Notes: generated by a model from the sequence alone, not told the origin. Shown: positions 18,506 through 28,720, counted from the first letter of the stretch. The stretch: 62,152 bases of DNA from a candidate division WOR-3 bacterium (GCA_965649205.1 CBFGJV010000014.1:1-62152), one strand, 5' to 3'. A program made the numbers and translations.

Positions 18506-18600
18506 GGAGGCGTATGGGTGCTGGTGTGCCTGGCGGACTTCAAATCCGTATGGTCTGCGACAAGTGGACCGGTAGGTTCGATTCCTACACGCCTCCGCCA
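18506..18600 (+). tRNA. selC: tRNA-Sec (UCA)
   Basis: 8-bp acceptor GGAGGCGT/ACGCCTCC plus GCCA, 6-bp D stem with 4-nt loop, anticodon loop CTTCAAA, long variable arm, 5-bp T stem GTAGG-TTCGATT-CCTAC. Confidence 0.95.
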
Positions 18601-18629
18601 GTTGCTGGCGAGAATAGATTCGGGGTTTT

Positions 18630-19394
18630 TCAGTCCGGAATCCGGTTCAGTTCCGCATCAGTTCGGCGCAGGTACACAGGTACCAGCTTTTCCAAATTGT
18701 CGCCGCCTTCTCTCAGTATGGCTTCCTTTGCCGCTTCTGCTACGACCTGCGCTTCCGGGTGGGTAACGGGGGATATTATTGCCGCGATTCCGGATTTGTG
18801 GAGTAAAGGGAAACACAGAGGAGCAGCTTCACCGCACAGCACCAGTTGACTAAGGGGAAGTTTTAGAGGGGAGATTATGCCGGGCAGTTCTTTCGGGGCA
18901 GCCACACACGGAGCGAGCAGGGTCTTTTCTCGCGTAAACAGGCCGCAATATACCTGTTGTTTGCGTGCATCAGTTAGAGCCAGGTAGGCAGTTGCGCCAA
19001 TGTCGGATGTTATCGGTAAATCGACAGCGGCTGCTGTCCGGGCGATGGCCCTGAGAGTTTCGATGCCTTTTACCGGAATTTGCCAAGGCAGAGCCAGGCC
19101 TTTGGCCACGCTCAGACCTACTCTTAAGGAGCTGAACATTCCCGGCCCTATGGTCACGCCGATGCCATTCAGCTGAGAAGTTTCGATGCCCGTACACCGG
19201 CAGGCGAGACTGACAAGCTCTAGCAGGACTTCGTTATGATTCAGACCGGAGCGACGTACGGCAAAACGCAATCCGGTGGCGTCAAGAAGCGCTACACCGG
19301 TAGAATTGCTGCTGGTCTCAAGCCCGAGAAAATACTCGTTTGCCTGCGCAGAGACGATGCCGGCGGAAAAGGAGGCTGGTTGTGCAGCGGTCAT
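18630..19394 (-). CDS. tsaB: tRNA threonylcarbamoyladenosine biosynthesis protein TsaB
   Basis: LGLETS, GPGMFSSLRVG, DARKQQVY, P.YLR C-terminus. Confidence 0.92.
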   Translation of the reverse strand: MTAAQPASFSAGIVSAQANEYFLGLETSSNSTGVALLDATGLRFAVRRSGLNHNEVLLELVSLACRCTGIETSQLNGIGVTIGPGMFSSLRVGLSVAKGLALPWQIPVKGIETLRAIARTAAAVDLPITSDIGATAYLALTDARKQQVYCGLFTREKTLLAPCVAAPKELPGIISPLKLPLSQLVLCGEAAPLCFPLLHKSGIAAIISPVTHPEAQVVAEAAKEAILREGGDNLEKLVPVYLRRTDAELNRIPD

Positions 19395-20134
19395 CTCGTT
19401 TCGGGATGGTTAAGCAGGTAAAGTTCCAGAAGACCTCGAGCTACCAGGTCGGGTTCTACCCGTTGTATGCGGGGGATGAGCTTTCGCATCCTGCTGGCAT
19501 CGCCGCCGGTGGCAATTACCGTGTAGGTGCGGTGTGTGGTTTTTTCCAATTCGTGTATCATGGCGTTGATTCCCAGAGAGAGCAGGCAGGTAGCACCAGC
19601 TTGCAATGATTCGGCGGTATTGGCGGTGAGAAGGGCACGGAAAAGGCGAGGCCGTAATCGGGGCAACTGGGCTGTGCTCTGTTGCATGGATGTTAACATC
19701 ATCTGGTGTCCGGGCAGGATAGGACCGCCCAGAAAGCGGCCCCGGGCTGTTATTACATTGAAGGTTATGGCGGTGCCAAAGTCAATAACCAGAAGGTTCC
19801 CCGTAAACCTACTGCGGGCACCTGCAGCTGCACAGATACGGTCTTCGCCCAGCTGGTGGCGTTTGTATCTAATATTCAGTCCGGTCAACGACCTAGGGGT
19901 GAGTCGCCAGGGCTGGCAGCCGGTACGGGTGCGCAGGTAGTCAAGGCAGCGGGCGGTCTGTTCGGGTACGACAGAGGCTAGAGCAATACCGGTGATAGTT
20001 TTTCCTGGTGGTACGAGGCGACCGAGCCGGGAGGAGAGAAGCCGAGTAGGTACCTGACGGCGGAAGAGAAGACGACGACCACAGAAAAGATGCGAGCAGG
20101 TATGGGTATTGCCAATGGTTACGGTCAGGATCAT
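19391..20134 (-). CDS. coaX: type III pantothenate kinase
   Basis: IGNT, ASVVP, LGEDR, IDFGTAIT, GGPILPG, ATGGD. Start at ATG 20134 (ATGA overlap with birA), not the track's 20509. Confidence 0.9.
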   Translation of the reverse strand: MILTVTIGNTHTCSHLFCGRRLLFRRQVPTRLLSSRLGRLVPPGKTITGIALASVVPEQTARCLDYLRTRTGCQPWRLTPRSLTGLNIRYKRHQLGEDRICAAAGARSRFTGNLLVIDFGTAITFNVITARGRFLGGPILPGHQMMLTSMQQSTAQLPRLRPRLFRALLTANTAESLQAGATCLLSLGINAMIHELEKTTHRTYTVIATGGDASRMRKLIPRIQRVEPDLVARGLLELYLLNHPETR

Positions 20135-20889
20135 CGCAGTTTTCGCACCTGCCCTGAGTTTAGGACAATCACTTTGCCTCCGTCTGTGCGCAGAACGAGA
20201 TGTCCTTCTGTGTCCAAATCCACAACTGTGCCCACATAGCGTCGCAGCCAGGTTTTCACCTCTACACGGCGATGAAGAATGGCGGAACGCTGTTTGATGG
20301 CGCTCAGATGTACAGCCTGACCACCTTCGGCGGTTTCCTGTAGAAGTCGAAACAAGTGTTTTAGTATGCGCAAGAGCAGTTCGTGTTTGTCCTCGTACTT
20401 GTTGGTGAACTGGAGCAGAGACCCGGCTTCGGGAAGCCATTCCGGGAAGGCGGTTTGATTTACGTTTATGCCTATTCCCACTACCAGCCGCGAATTCTTT
20501 CGCTCGCACAGAATCCCGGCTATTTTCTTGTTATTCAGCAGCAAGTCGTTGGGCCAGCGAATCAGCGGTTTGAGTCCGGTAAGGTCCTCGATACCCAGGC
20601 ATACGCTTAATCCGGCCAGTTGAGTAATGGTAGGAAGAAAAGGGCAATCAGCTTGTCCGGGTAGTAGAACAGAAAAAGTAAGGCTGTCCCTATCACCATA
20701 CCAAGGTCGGCGGAATCTGCCTCGGGCCTGGGTCTGTTCTTGAGCCACGATTATTGCCGGCTCGCCCGACTCGGGAAGCGTAAAGGCGTAGTCGTTGGTG
20801 GAAGAACACGTGTTGAGCAGATAGACTCGGCCAAATCTGGTCAATTCCTGCAGTAACGTGCCGGAAATGGTGTGTTTTGCCGGCTCCAT
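20131..20889 (-). CDS. birA: biotin--[acetyl-CoA-carboxylase] ligase (no HTH)
   Basis: SSTND, EQTQARGR, RWPNDL, KKIAGILCE, GIGINVN. Confidence 0.92.
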   Translation of the reverse strand: MEPAKHTISGTLLQELTRFGRVYLLNTCSSTNDYAFTLPESGEPAIIVAQEQTQARGRFRRPWYGDRDSLTFSVLLPGQADCPFLPTITQLAGLSVCLGIEDLTGLKPLIRWPNDLLLNNKKIAGILCERKNSRLVVGIGINVNQTAFPEWLPEAGSLLQFTNKYEDKHELLLRILKHLFRLLQETAEGGQAVHLSAIKQRSAILHRRVEVKTWLRRYVGTVVDLDTEGHLVLRTDGGKVIVLNSGQVRKLR

Positions 20890-20890
20890 C

Positions 20891-22630
20891 TTATGGTGTG
20901 ACACGAACCAGCCTCAGGGCAGTACCGGTTTTTCTTTCCACGGCCACATAGAGACCGGCAGGCAGGGCTCGGCCGGCATTATCGCATCCGTCCCACATAA
21001 GGACAGTCGGTGGTAACTGGTTTGCCGGTGCGGCTACAAAACGTACCAGCCGACCGGTGGCGTCATAGATGTCTATCCCTGAACTGGCGCCGGCCAAAAG
21101 GAAGTGCAGGTGGGAACGGAAAGGGTTTGGTTCTGCAGTTAAGCAGGAAACTGGCGGGCAGAAAGAAGAAGAGGGATGGCAGATACCCACAGGAGTGGTG
21201 TTGCGGAACAGATAGTTGGGTTGAGCGGCTACCCAGTTGGTTACAAGCAGGTCCGGGTGGGAAGAGTAACTGTAGAATGCCGTCACATTTCCCGTTCCGG
21301 AATCAGGAGCCAGGGCAAGGCTGAACCATCCTGCCAACGGGTCGTGACAATACGCAGTAGAAGGTAGTCTGCGGCCGTTTACCAGAATGCTGTCCAGGCG
21401 GTGTAGGGGCCGGTGGGGAAGGGTAAAAAGACTCTGTCTGCCGTTGCCTGAAAATGTGGCCGCGCTGTTCACTAGGTGTCGGTTAGCAATATCAGCCCAG
21501 ACTACTGTTTCGCAGACCAGCTGAGTAGGAATAGATGGCGACCAGGACCAGGAAGGCACGGTGTCCAATGTGCCTGCGCGGTTTTCGAACACTACGAGCG
21601 GCTCCCACCAGCCGCCGGCGGCCAGCTCCGGATAGCCGTCACCGTTCACATCGGCCCAGGCAACACAGGAAGAATAGCGGCGTTTGCGCAGCATAGTGTA
21701 CCGGGCAAGCGTGTCCAGCGTGCCTTGGGAATTGCGGAAAACCTTGATGCTGCTGGGTTCGCCGTTCTGACCATTCGAAGCCACAGCCAGATCCAGCCAG
21801 CCGTCTTGGTCGTAATCGCCAAAAGCCAGGCGCAGTACCCAGCCGATTCCTGCTTGAGCGGTCCAGGCAGGCGCGGGGTTGAGTGCGCCCTGATCGTTGC
21901 GGTACATGGTGACCAGCCCGCGCTTCTGCGCAGGTATTACCTGGCCCACGAACAGGTCCAGGTCTCCATCGTTATCAATGTCGCAAAAGCGGACAGCGTC
22001 GGAAGGAAAGCCGCTCTTGGCGGTCCAGAAAGGCAGGGTGTCAAGTCTCCCCGCATTATTACGATAAATACGTACGGAATCTGTTTCATTCTGATAAGCG
22101 TCGCCTGCAGAGATAGCCAGGTCCAAGTCGCCGTCCAGATCAACGTCACCCAGACAACAATCAAAGGAGGAGTGTTTGTCTTTTGCCTTCCAGAATGGCG
22201 CAGAGGCGAGGCCGGAACCGGTATTGCGATATACACGGGCTACCAGTTCTCCTGCCCCGGCGTTACCCAGATAGGCTACAGCCAAATCTTCGTAGCCATC
22301 GTTGTCTATGTCGCCGGTGTAGCAATGGCCGAAATAACCCTGGTCTGACGAGCGCCAGGAAGCGGTCTGCTCCAGAGTGCCGTTGTTGTTCAGATAGACA
22401 CCGTTTCGATTGAGCGCCATATCGTTGCCGTTTGACGTGCACAGGTCGAGAAAACGGTCGGAGTTGATGAAAGCAAAGGAACCGCCGGTAGTATAGTCGT
22501 TGTCCTGCGAGTTCCAGTCTGGTCGCGAAGGTAGAGGAATGTTGCCGGTGGCCACGGCGATGTATGCGGCCAGAATTAGATACAACCTAGCGGGTCCGAA
22601 CACCCCAACAGAAATAGGCTTGTGGTCCAC
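20891..22630 (-). CDS. secreted FG-GAP/VCBS repeat protein with C-terminal FlgD-Ig/T9SS-like domain
   Basis: Repeated GDIDNDGYEDLAV, GDVDLDGDLDL, DYDQDGWLDL; C-terminal PNPF...IYDATGRLVR...WDG.D..GR.LPAGLY. Confidence 0.85.
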   Translation of the reverse strand: MDHKPISVGVFGPARLYLILAAYIAVATGNIPLPSRPDWNSQDNDYTTGGSFAFINSDRFLDLCTSNGNDMALNRNGVYLNNNGTLEQTASWRSSDQGYFGHCYTGDIDNDGYEDLAVAYLGNAGAGELVARVYRNTGSGLASAPFWKAKDKHSSFDCCLGDVDLDGDLDLAISAGDAYQNETDSVRIYRNNAGRLDTLPFWTAKSGFPSDAVRFCDIDNDGDLDLFVGQVIPAQKRGLVTMYRNDQGALNPAPAWTAQAGIGWVLRLAFGDYDQDGWLDLAVASNGQNGEPSSIKVFRNSQGTLDTLARYTMLRKRRYSSCVAWADVNGDGYPELAAGGWWEPLVVFENRAGTLDTVPSWSWSPSIPTQLVCETVVWADIANRHLVNSAATFSGNGRQSLFTLPHRPLHRLDSILVNGRRLPSTAYCHDPLAGWFSLALAPDSGTGNVTAFYSYSSHPDLLVTNWVAAQPNYLFRNTTPVGICHPSSSFCPPVSCLTAEPNPFRSHLHFLLAGASSGIDIYDATGRLVRFVAAPANQLPPTVLMWDGCDNAGRALPAGLYVAVERKTGTALRLVRVTP

Positions 22631-22664
22631 CCGAATACTCCGTCCGAGTCAGCTCGGGGTGTAG

Positions 22665-23147
22665 TTACTGTTTGTAGCCGAGCTTTCTCAGGAAATGCTT
22701 ACGTTTCTCTACTTCTTCTGCGGTCTCTACACCTTTTGGTTTCTCGCCGTCTATGACCCCGAGGATTCCCCGACCGGTACCACTGTCGGCTACTACGACC
22801 TGCACCGGATTAGCTGTGGCGCAGAAAATGTTACACACTTCCTGCACCGACTTAATTGCGTTTAGCACATTGATGGGGAAGCAGCCTTGCATCAGGATGA
22901 GGAAGCTGTGTCCTGCCCCAATTTTCTGAGCGTTGCGTATAGCCAACTCCACCAATGTCGGGTCGGTTCCGCAGTGACGGATAAGGCAAGGTCCCGAAGC
23001 CTCGCAGAAGGCAAGTCCGAAACGGGCCCCAGGCACAGAAGAAATCATAGCCTCATACAGGTCTTCCACTGATTTTATGAAGTGAGACTGGCCCAGGATG
23101 AGGTTGGCTTCCTCTGGCTTTTCAATAGCTACGACGCTTAGTTCCAC
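22665..23147 (-). CDS. adenosine-specific kinase family protein (DUF355)
   Basis: ILGQSHFIKSVEDLYE, FCEASGPCL, FCATANP, GRGILGVIDG. Confidence 0.9.
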   Translation of the reverse strand: MELSVVAIEKPEEANLILGQSHFIKSVEDLYEAMISSVPGARFGLAFCEASGPCLIRHCGTDPTLVELAIRNAQKIGAGHSFLILMQGCFPINVLNAIKSVQEVCNIFCATANPVQVVVADSGTGRGILGVIDGEKPKGVETAEEVEKRKHFLRKLGYKQ

Positions 23148-23155
23148 CGCTGCCT

Positions 23156-24598
23156 CTAACGGTTCAGAGTGACTTTACCTGCCGCTGTAAATCCCTTTGC
23201 CTGGAACCGGTAGATGTATGTTCCCGAAGGCAGAGGGGTACCGTTTTCGTCTGTTCCATCCCATTGGGCAGAAAGTGTACCTGAGCCGGAGCGATTCAGA
23301 GTCAGTGTGCGCACCAGGGCTCCTGATGGCGTGTATATGCGGACAAGCCCGGAGCTGGTGCCATAGCGGGCAAGCGTAAAGCGGATCTGGGTAGAAAAGG
23401 GATTAGGCGAGGCATCAAAGCGACTGTCCCCGGGTTGCAGTTGATTCTCACCCGAAAGTGCCACAGTCGTGGCTGTGAAACGAATCATGGTGCTTTCGGG
23501 TGAGCATACGGGCCAGGTGGTCCAGAGGTCAATATTGCGTCTGGTGGCGAACGTATCTTTGGCCCAGAAATAGTAGTCAACGGTTGCGGGCATGGTTACT
23601 TGGGGAATGGTATAGAAGTATCGTCCTGCTACCGAGGAGTCGGAGCGTACGGAGGTCCAAGTGCCCCGGTTTACACGGTAAAACAGAGATTCCGCTCCCA
23701 CTGCCGAACCGGGGCCGTCGCTGATGTCAACCCACACGACATAGGGGCCGGCATAGTTGGTATCACGGAGGACACGGGCATTGGCAAAAGTGGGAGGCTG
23801 CAGGTCCCAGCCGGGTATGTTCAGGGAGTTCAGCTGGAACATATGCTCCACGTTTATAAAATTGTTGGAGGCGCCGTTCTGGCTCATAGCCGCGGCTACA
23901 CCATTCGCACCCGCGAAAATCCCGGGCACACACCACTCGTATATCCAGCGCCTGTCGTCTGAACCCATGTTGTCAGAGTAAGTCATATAATCCCGGATAA
24001 CCAGACAGGGCCAGAAGTAGTCGCCAGACATAGGTACGCGTACCTTGCCCTTGGCTACGATTTTCTTCTGATGCTGTTCGTTAGCGGTGTATCTGACGCC
24101 CGGGAACAGTTCGTAAGACCAATTGACAGCAGACATCCAACCGCTGCCATAGAACATGGGCGTGGAGTAGATTAGACCATCAGGTCTGTAGTTGCCGATA
24201 AAGCGGAATGTCTGTTGCGTGAAATCTATGCCGTCAAAATACAGACCAAACTGATTCTTGTACAGATAAGACCACTGCACAGAGTTGCTCAGCGTGTCAA
24301 TTTCGCATATGTCCGGGCTGGGCGGATCCACAGCCATTGACTCCGGTGCCGGTGTTCTTCCCTGGCTGGGCGATACCAGACCGGCTTTGGCGAAAAGACC
24401 GCCGGGATAGCTCGTCAGGTCCCACACCTCGCGGGTAGAGTCAAACGGTGTCCACATAAATACCGTGGAGTTCTGCTTAAACTGACCGTAGGTGTTGGAA
24501 ACTAGAGGGATCTCATGGCTTTCAATCATCAGGTTTTGGGCAAAGCTTAGCGTAGTCAGACAAAGCAGTATGGCCATTACGGTAGCGCACTTATGCAT
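23156..24598 (-). CDS. secreted protein with C-terminal FlgD-Ig/T9SS-like domain
   Basis: Signal peptide; C-terminal SPNPFS...WDGTDENG..LPSGTYIYR; SD GGAGG and upstream TTGACT-17-TAAAAT. Confidence 0.8.
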   Translation of the reverse strand: MHKCATVMAILLCLTTLSFAQNLMIESHEIPLVSNTYGQFKQNSTVFMWTPFDSTREVWDLTSYPGGLFAKAGLVSPSQGRTPAPESMAVDPPSPDICEIDTLSNSVQWSYLYKNQFGLYFDGIDFTQQTFRFIGNYRPDGLIYSTPMFYGSGWMSAVNWSYELFPGVRYTANEQHQKKIVAKGKVRVPMSGDYFWPCLVIRDYMTYSDNMGSDDRRWIYEWCVPGIFAGANGVAAAMSQNGASNNFINVEHMFQLNSLNIPGWDLQPPTFANARVLRDTNYAGPYVVWVDISDGPGSAVGAESLFYRVNRGTWTSVRSDSSVAGRYFYTIPQVTMPATVDYYFWAKDTFATRRNIDLWTTWPVCSPESTMIRFTATTVALSGENQLQPGDSRFDASPNPFSTQIRFTLARYGTSSGLVRIYTPSGALVRTLTLNRSGSGTLSAQWDGTDENGTPLPSGTYIYRFQAKGFTAAGKVTLNR

Positions 24599-24760
24599 GA
24601 TACCTCCGTGCGGTTAGATGCCTGGGTGTATTTTAGAAGGCACAGTTTTGCTAGTCAAGCGGTTTTCGTTTCTCCCAGGGAGAGGTGGCAAAGGCGGGTT
24701 TGGCACTTCAACTCTGGCAGGTTGCGACGACTCCGGATGTTTCGACCGTAGAGTGAATTC

Positions 24761-25111
24761 TCACAAAGAAGGTATGGGGTGGAGAAAGGTTTGGAATTCG
24801 ATTCTGCGGCCCTCGGGGTCTTGGGCATAGAAGTGATAGATGCGGTAACGGGGGCTTTCCTGCGGCGGGCCGATTGCGATGTCCTTTAGTTTTTCGTACA
24901 TCCGGTCGACATAACGGCGATCATCTTTGAAGAAGGTGAGGAGTGCGCTAAGGTCTGCTTGCGGCTGGGCGTGAAATCCGACGAGCAGATTGTCGTGTCT
25001 GAGGATGCATATATCGGGCTGTTCCAGCCGGACACTCATACCGACTCGTTCCAGGTAAAACTGCTTAATTCTATCCAGCTCAGAAGTTCTAAGAAATACA
25101 ATGCCGGCCAT
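24761..25111 (-). CDS. VOC/glyoxalase family protein
   Basis: FYLERVGM, FYAQDPEGRRIEFQ. Confidence 0.88.
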   Translation of the reverse strand: MAGIVFLRTSELDRIKQFYLERVGMSVRLEQPDICILRHDNLLVGFHAQPQADLSALLTFFKDDRRYVDRMYEKLKDIAIGPPQESPRYRIYHFYAQDPEGRRIEFQTFLHPIPSL

Positions 25112-25469
25112 GCTTCCTCTCTTTCTGCCGACAGTGTAGCCTCCGCGCTGTCGTTTGGCAACTCAGACGGCCGCCTATGGTACGCAGTTTTCTGTGCGAT
25201 TTCTCGTGGCACTGTCCCAATACGTTCGGACGGTCGAAGACCGTAGCTAACTTTGCCTACTTTTATCTGGGATTTCTCTGTTTATTTTTCTCCAAAGTGA
25301 TGTGCCGTTATCTTCGCTAGCTTAACCTCAGGAAGACTGCGAACTTGACTTGGACTAGATTAGAACACTACAATTATCTTGGCACTGCGGCCCCCGATTT
25401 GCGTCAGAATGTTGTCGTTTCTTTCCGGGAGGAGTGCAACTGTCGTCGCAGCAGTGAAAGGAGGCCTAG

Positions 25470-28361
25470 ATGAAAGGCGTGCTGTCAGTTGCAGGGTTTG
25501 TTGTCTTTACCTTAGCCGGCTACGGCCAGCACTGGGTGCAGCGGTACGATGGGCCGGTTCACGGGCGTGATCAGGCACTGGCGCTGGTAACCGACACCAC
25601 AGGGAATGCCTACGTTACCGGTTTCAGTACTGATGCAGATGAAGACTGCTTTACCATCAAGTATGCAGCGACCGGTCTGTCGCTGTGGCAGCAGCGTAAG
25701 TCGGGTACGGTAGCGGGCGACGACCGGGCCGTGGCCATTCGGCTGTCTACCAGCGGAGCGTATGTCGCGGGTTACGCGCAGAACACAACTGAGGATTTCC
25801 TAGTTACAAAGTACGATCCGACGACCGGGGCTGAACAGTGGACCCGGTTTTACAACGGCCCGGGTTCAGGTAACGACCGTGCAACGTCGTTGGCTCTGGA
25901 CGCAGCCGGGAATTTGTTTGTCGCCGGGTACGTGCGGAAGGATGATCACGACGAGGCAGCGGTTGTGAAATACGGTCCGGATGGCGAGGAGCAGTGGGCT
26001 GTGCAGATCCCACCTGAGATTGGTGACTTAGCCAGCTATGCGAGCGGCGTTGCGACTACTCCAACGGGCGGTGTATGCGTGTGTGGCCGGTACGAACGAA
26101 GCGATGGTACAAGCGACTATCTGGTAGCTCAGTTCGACCCCGGCGGTTCGCTGGAGTGGGTTAGACGTTACGACGGTCCGGCCTCTGGCAACGACTACGC
26201 CAGTGCTATTGGGATTGATGGCTTTGGTAACGTCTATGTTACCGGGACCAGCACTGGCACAACAACCGGTCTTGATTTCGCCACATTGAAATACGACCCG
26301 GAAGGCGAACAACTCTGGGTGAACCGGCACAATGTGTCAGGGGCGAATGCAGACGAAGCTTTTTGTCTCGGCTTGGATAGTTCTGGCAACTGTTTTGTTG
26401 CCGGTTATTCTGTTCGGCCTGCGCCCGGAACCGATTTTGCAGTAGTGAAGTACACTGCTGCCGGCGGCGAAATGTGGCGGCGGTACTATGGTGAGGGTGG
26501 TGGACGCGAGGATACCGCTTTTGCGTTGACCGTTGACGGGCTCGGAAATGTCTATGTTACAGGTGTAAGCGAGACCTCAAACGATCGGTGTAATGTTTTG
26601 GTTGTCAAATACGATAATGCTGGCAACCGGCTCTGGACTGTCTCCTGGGATGGCGAGGGATTTGATGATGCGGGTACTGCAGTTGCAGTCAGCCGTAGTG
26701 CAGTTTACGTGACTGGTTACAGCGACGGTATCAGCCAATATGACATGATAACTTTGAAATTTTTTGAGCACGACCTGGGAGTCGCCGCTTTCGTTGACCC
26801 GGAATCGAACGAGAAACTTCCGCCTCAACCGCTGGCACCTCAGGTTAGGTTTGCCAACTACGGTCTGGCTACGGATACCTTCCAGGCCTACGTCAAGGTG
26901 TATCGTGGTACGACGCTTGTGCATTCTGACGTGCAGACCGTGGTCGGGCTTAAACCCGGGGAGGAACAACTGGTGGTGTTCCGTGCGTTTTATGCCGAGG
27001 CTGGTTCTTACACGTTGCGCTGCTCGACTTATCGGGCAGGGGACTTGAACTCCGTAAACGATACCGCCGAGATTCAGTTTACCGTGCAGTGGACAACAAT
27101 GCCGGGCTGGAGCAAACTGGCCGACGATATCAGTCCGGGTCTGAGTCTCAAAGGTGTCAAGGACGGCGGTGCGCTATGTTATGGTCGGTACACGCCCTCG
27201 AACTGGGCAGTGTTCGCACTCAAGGGCAATGGTACCAACGAGTTCTACCGGTATGAAATTTCGGGAGACTCGTGGTGCCAGCTCGAACCACTTCCCTTTG
27301 CGCCGGAGCGCCGAAGAACGGTCAAGAAAGGCGGGGCTTTGTGCTATGACCGCTATGATTCACTCGTGTTTGCTCTCAAAGGTAACGGTACACTTGAATT
27401 CTGGAAGTACTACACCCGGCGGGATTCTTGGGTGCAGTGCAGAAACTTGCCGGCCGGACCGCAGGGAAAGAAGGTGAAAGGCGGTGCCGGTCTGGCGTTT
27501 TATCATGCGGGACGGGACTCGGACCTGGTTTTCTGCATAAAGGGTAACAAGACCACAGAGTTCTATGCTTATCATGTGCAGCGCGATACCTGGTTTGTTC
27601 TTGATACTTTGCCTCGCACGGCCAAGGGCAGGGGATGGGGTGACGGCAGTTGTTTGGTGAATGCCGGCGGCACGCTCTACGCGCTGATGGGATACTCCAA
27701 CTGGCTATGTGCCTACGAACCGGGCAAAGGCGACTCCTGGGTTATGCGCGAATCAATGCCGTTCTACGGTATCAGCGGTCGAAAGAGAAAAGCTAATATG
27801 GGAACCGCAATGTGCTTTGGCTCCGGCCGAATATTTGCTCTCAGGGGCGGAACGTGCGAGTTCTGGGCCTATTATCCTCTAGCCGACACCTGGATTGAGC
27901 TTGATTCCATGCCGAGACTACCAAGCAACCAGCCGGTCAAGGGCGGGGGGGCACTTGCTTTTGGCGGCGGATATGTGTGGGCGCTGAAAGGCAACAAGAC
28001 TTTTGAGTTTTGGCAGTACTATCCAGGTACATACTGCGATGGAATTACCGTTACCGAACCCCAGGCTGGGGTACAAAGTGGTAATACCACCACAGGGATG
28101 TTGCAATTTCAACTATTCCCCAACCCGCCGGTCGAGGGTTGGACGACGCTCAGGTTAATTGGCGAAAGTGGCAAGTGGTCTTGTGGTCGGCTGCGTATCT
28201 TCGACGCTGCTGGCCAGTGTGTTCTCGTCCGGCAACTAGCAGCGGTGACTCCGCAACTTGATATACCGTTGGATGTAAACGACTTAGCCACCGGAATCTA
28301 TCTTGTCCGTATTGATGCAAGCGGGGCCACGGTCACCCAGAAACTTGTTGTTCGGAAATAG
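25470..28361 (+). CDS. secreted SBBP beta-propeller + CARDB + Kelch-like repeat protein with T9SS-like C-terminal domain
   Basis: GNVYVTG/KYD..G..W repeats; DLGV...ND CARDB-like unit; ALKGNxT.EF repeats; FPNP...GIYLVR...QKLVV. SD AAGGAGG; promoter TTGACT-18-TACAAT at 25345-25374. Confidence 0.85.
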   Translation: MKGVLSVAGFVVFTLAGYGQHWVQRYDGPVHGRDQALALVTDTTGNAYVTGFSTDADEDCFTIKYAATGLSLWQQRKSGTVAGDDRAVAIRLSTSGAYVAGYAQNTTEDFLVTKYDPTTGAEQWTRFYNGPGSGNDRATSLALDAAGNLFVAGYVRKDDHDEAAVVKYGPDGEEQWAVQIPPEIGDLASYASGVATTPTGGVCVCGRYERSDGTSDYLVAQFDPGGSLEWVRRYDGPASGNDYASAIGIDGFGNVYVTGTSTGTTTGLDFATLKYDPEGEQLWVNRHNVSGANADEAFCLGLDSSGNCFVAGYSVRPAPGTDFAVVKYTAAGGEMWRRYYGEGGGREDTAFALTVDGLGNVYVTGVSETSNDRCNVLVVKYDNAGNRLWTVSWDGEGFDDAGTAVAVSRSAVYVTGYSDGISQYDMITLKFFEHDLGVAAFVDPESNEKLPPQPLAPQVRFANYGLATDTFQAYVKVYRGTTLVHSDVQTVVGLKPGEEQLVVFRAFYAEAGSYTLRCSTYRAGDLNSVNDTAEIQFTVQWTTMPGWSKLADDISPGLSLKGVKDGGALCYGRYTPSNWAVFALKGNGTNEFYRYEISGDSWCQLEPLPFAPERRRTVKKGGALCYDRYDSLVFALKGNGTLEFWKYYTRRDSWVQCRNLPAGPQGKKVKGGAGLAFYHAGRDSDLVFCIKGNKTTEFYAYHVQRDTWFVLDTLPRTAKGRGWGDGSCLVNAGGTLYALMGYSNWLCAYEPGKGDSWVMRESMPFYGISGRKRKANMGTAMCFGSGRIFALRGGTCEFWAYYPLADTWIELDSMPRLPSNQPVKGGGALAFGGGYVWALKGNKTFEFWQYYPGTYCDGITVTEPQAGVQSGNTTTGMLQFQLFPNPPVEGWTTLRLIGESGKWSCGRLRIFDAAGQCVLVRQLAAVTPQLDIPLDVNDLATGIYLVRIDASGATVTQKLVVRK

Positions 28362-28720
28362 CGAGACTTGTTTAAACGTTTTTACTGAACTTCCGACTCG
28401 TATTCTTTGCTGGTGACTTGGGTTTGAGGCGAGATCGTCGATCATACACCTAGCACTATTCCTTGCCGTATTTTCGGCCAACTTATGCACAACTGATGTA
28501 CCGATTCTCTGCCTGCGGGGCTTGACACATAATTCGGTCCCTATTAGATTGTTGTGTGGCAAAGAAAAACAGCCAAATAATCCGTCCTCAATTTCCTGTC
28601 ACGGCTGATAACCCGTTCGGGATAGACTTCTCACCGACGACAGCCGGCGGAACTGTGGCCAGAGAAACAGTGCAACACACTAAACCAAGTTAGTATGTTA
28701 AGCACTAAGGAGGAGGTGAC

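Noticed and set aside
18601..18630. Genomic island integrated at selC
   Set aside because: Housekeeping tsaB ends 29 nt downstream; no integrase or duplicated tRNA 3' end seen.
18201..18849. Track ORFs 18201-18416 and 18235-18849 as real genes
   Set aside because: They are read-outs of the 12-bp array; the longer one runs through tRNA-Sec and antisense into tsaB; no SD or recognisable family.
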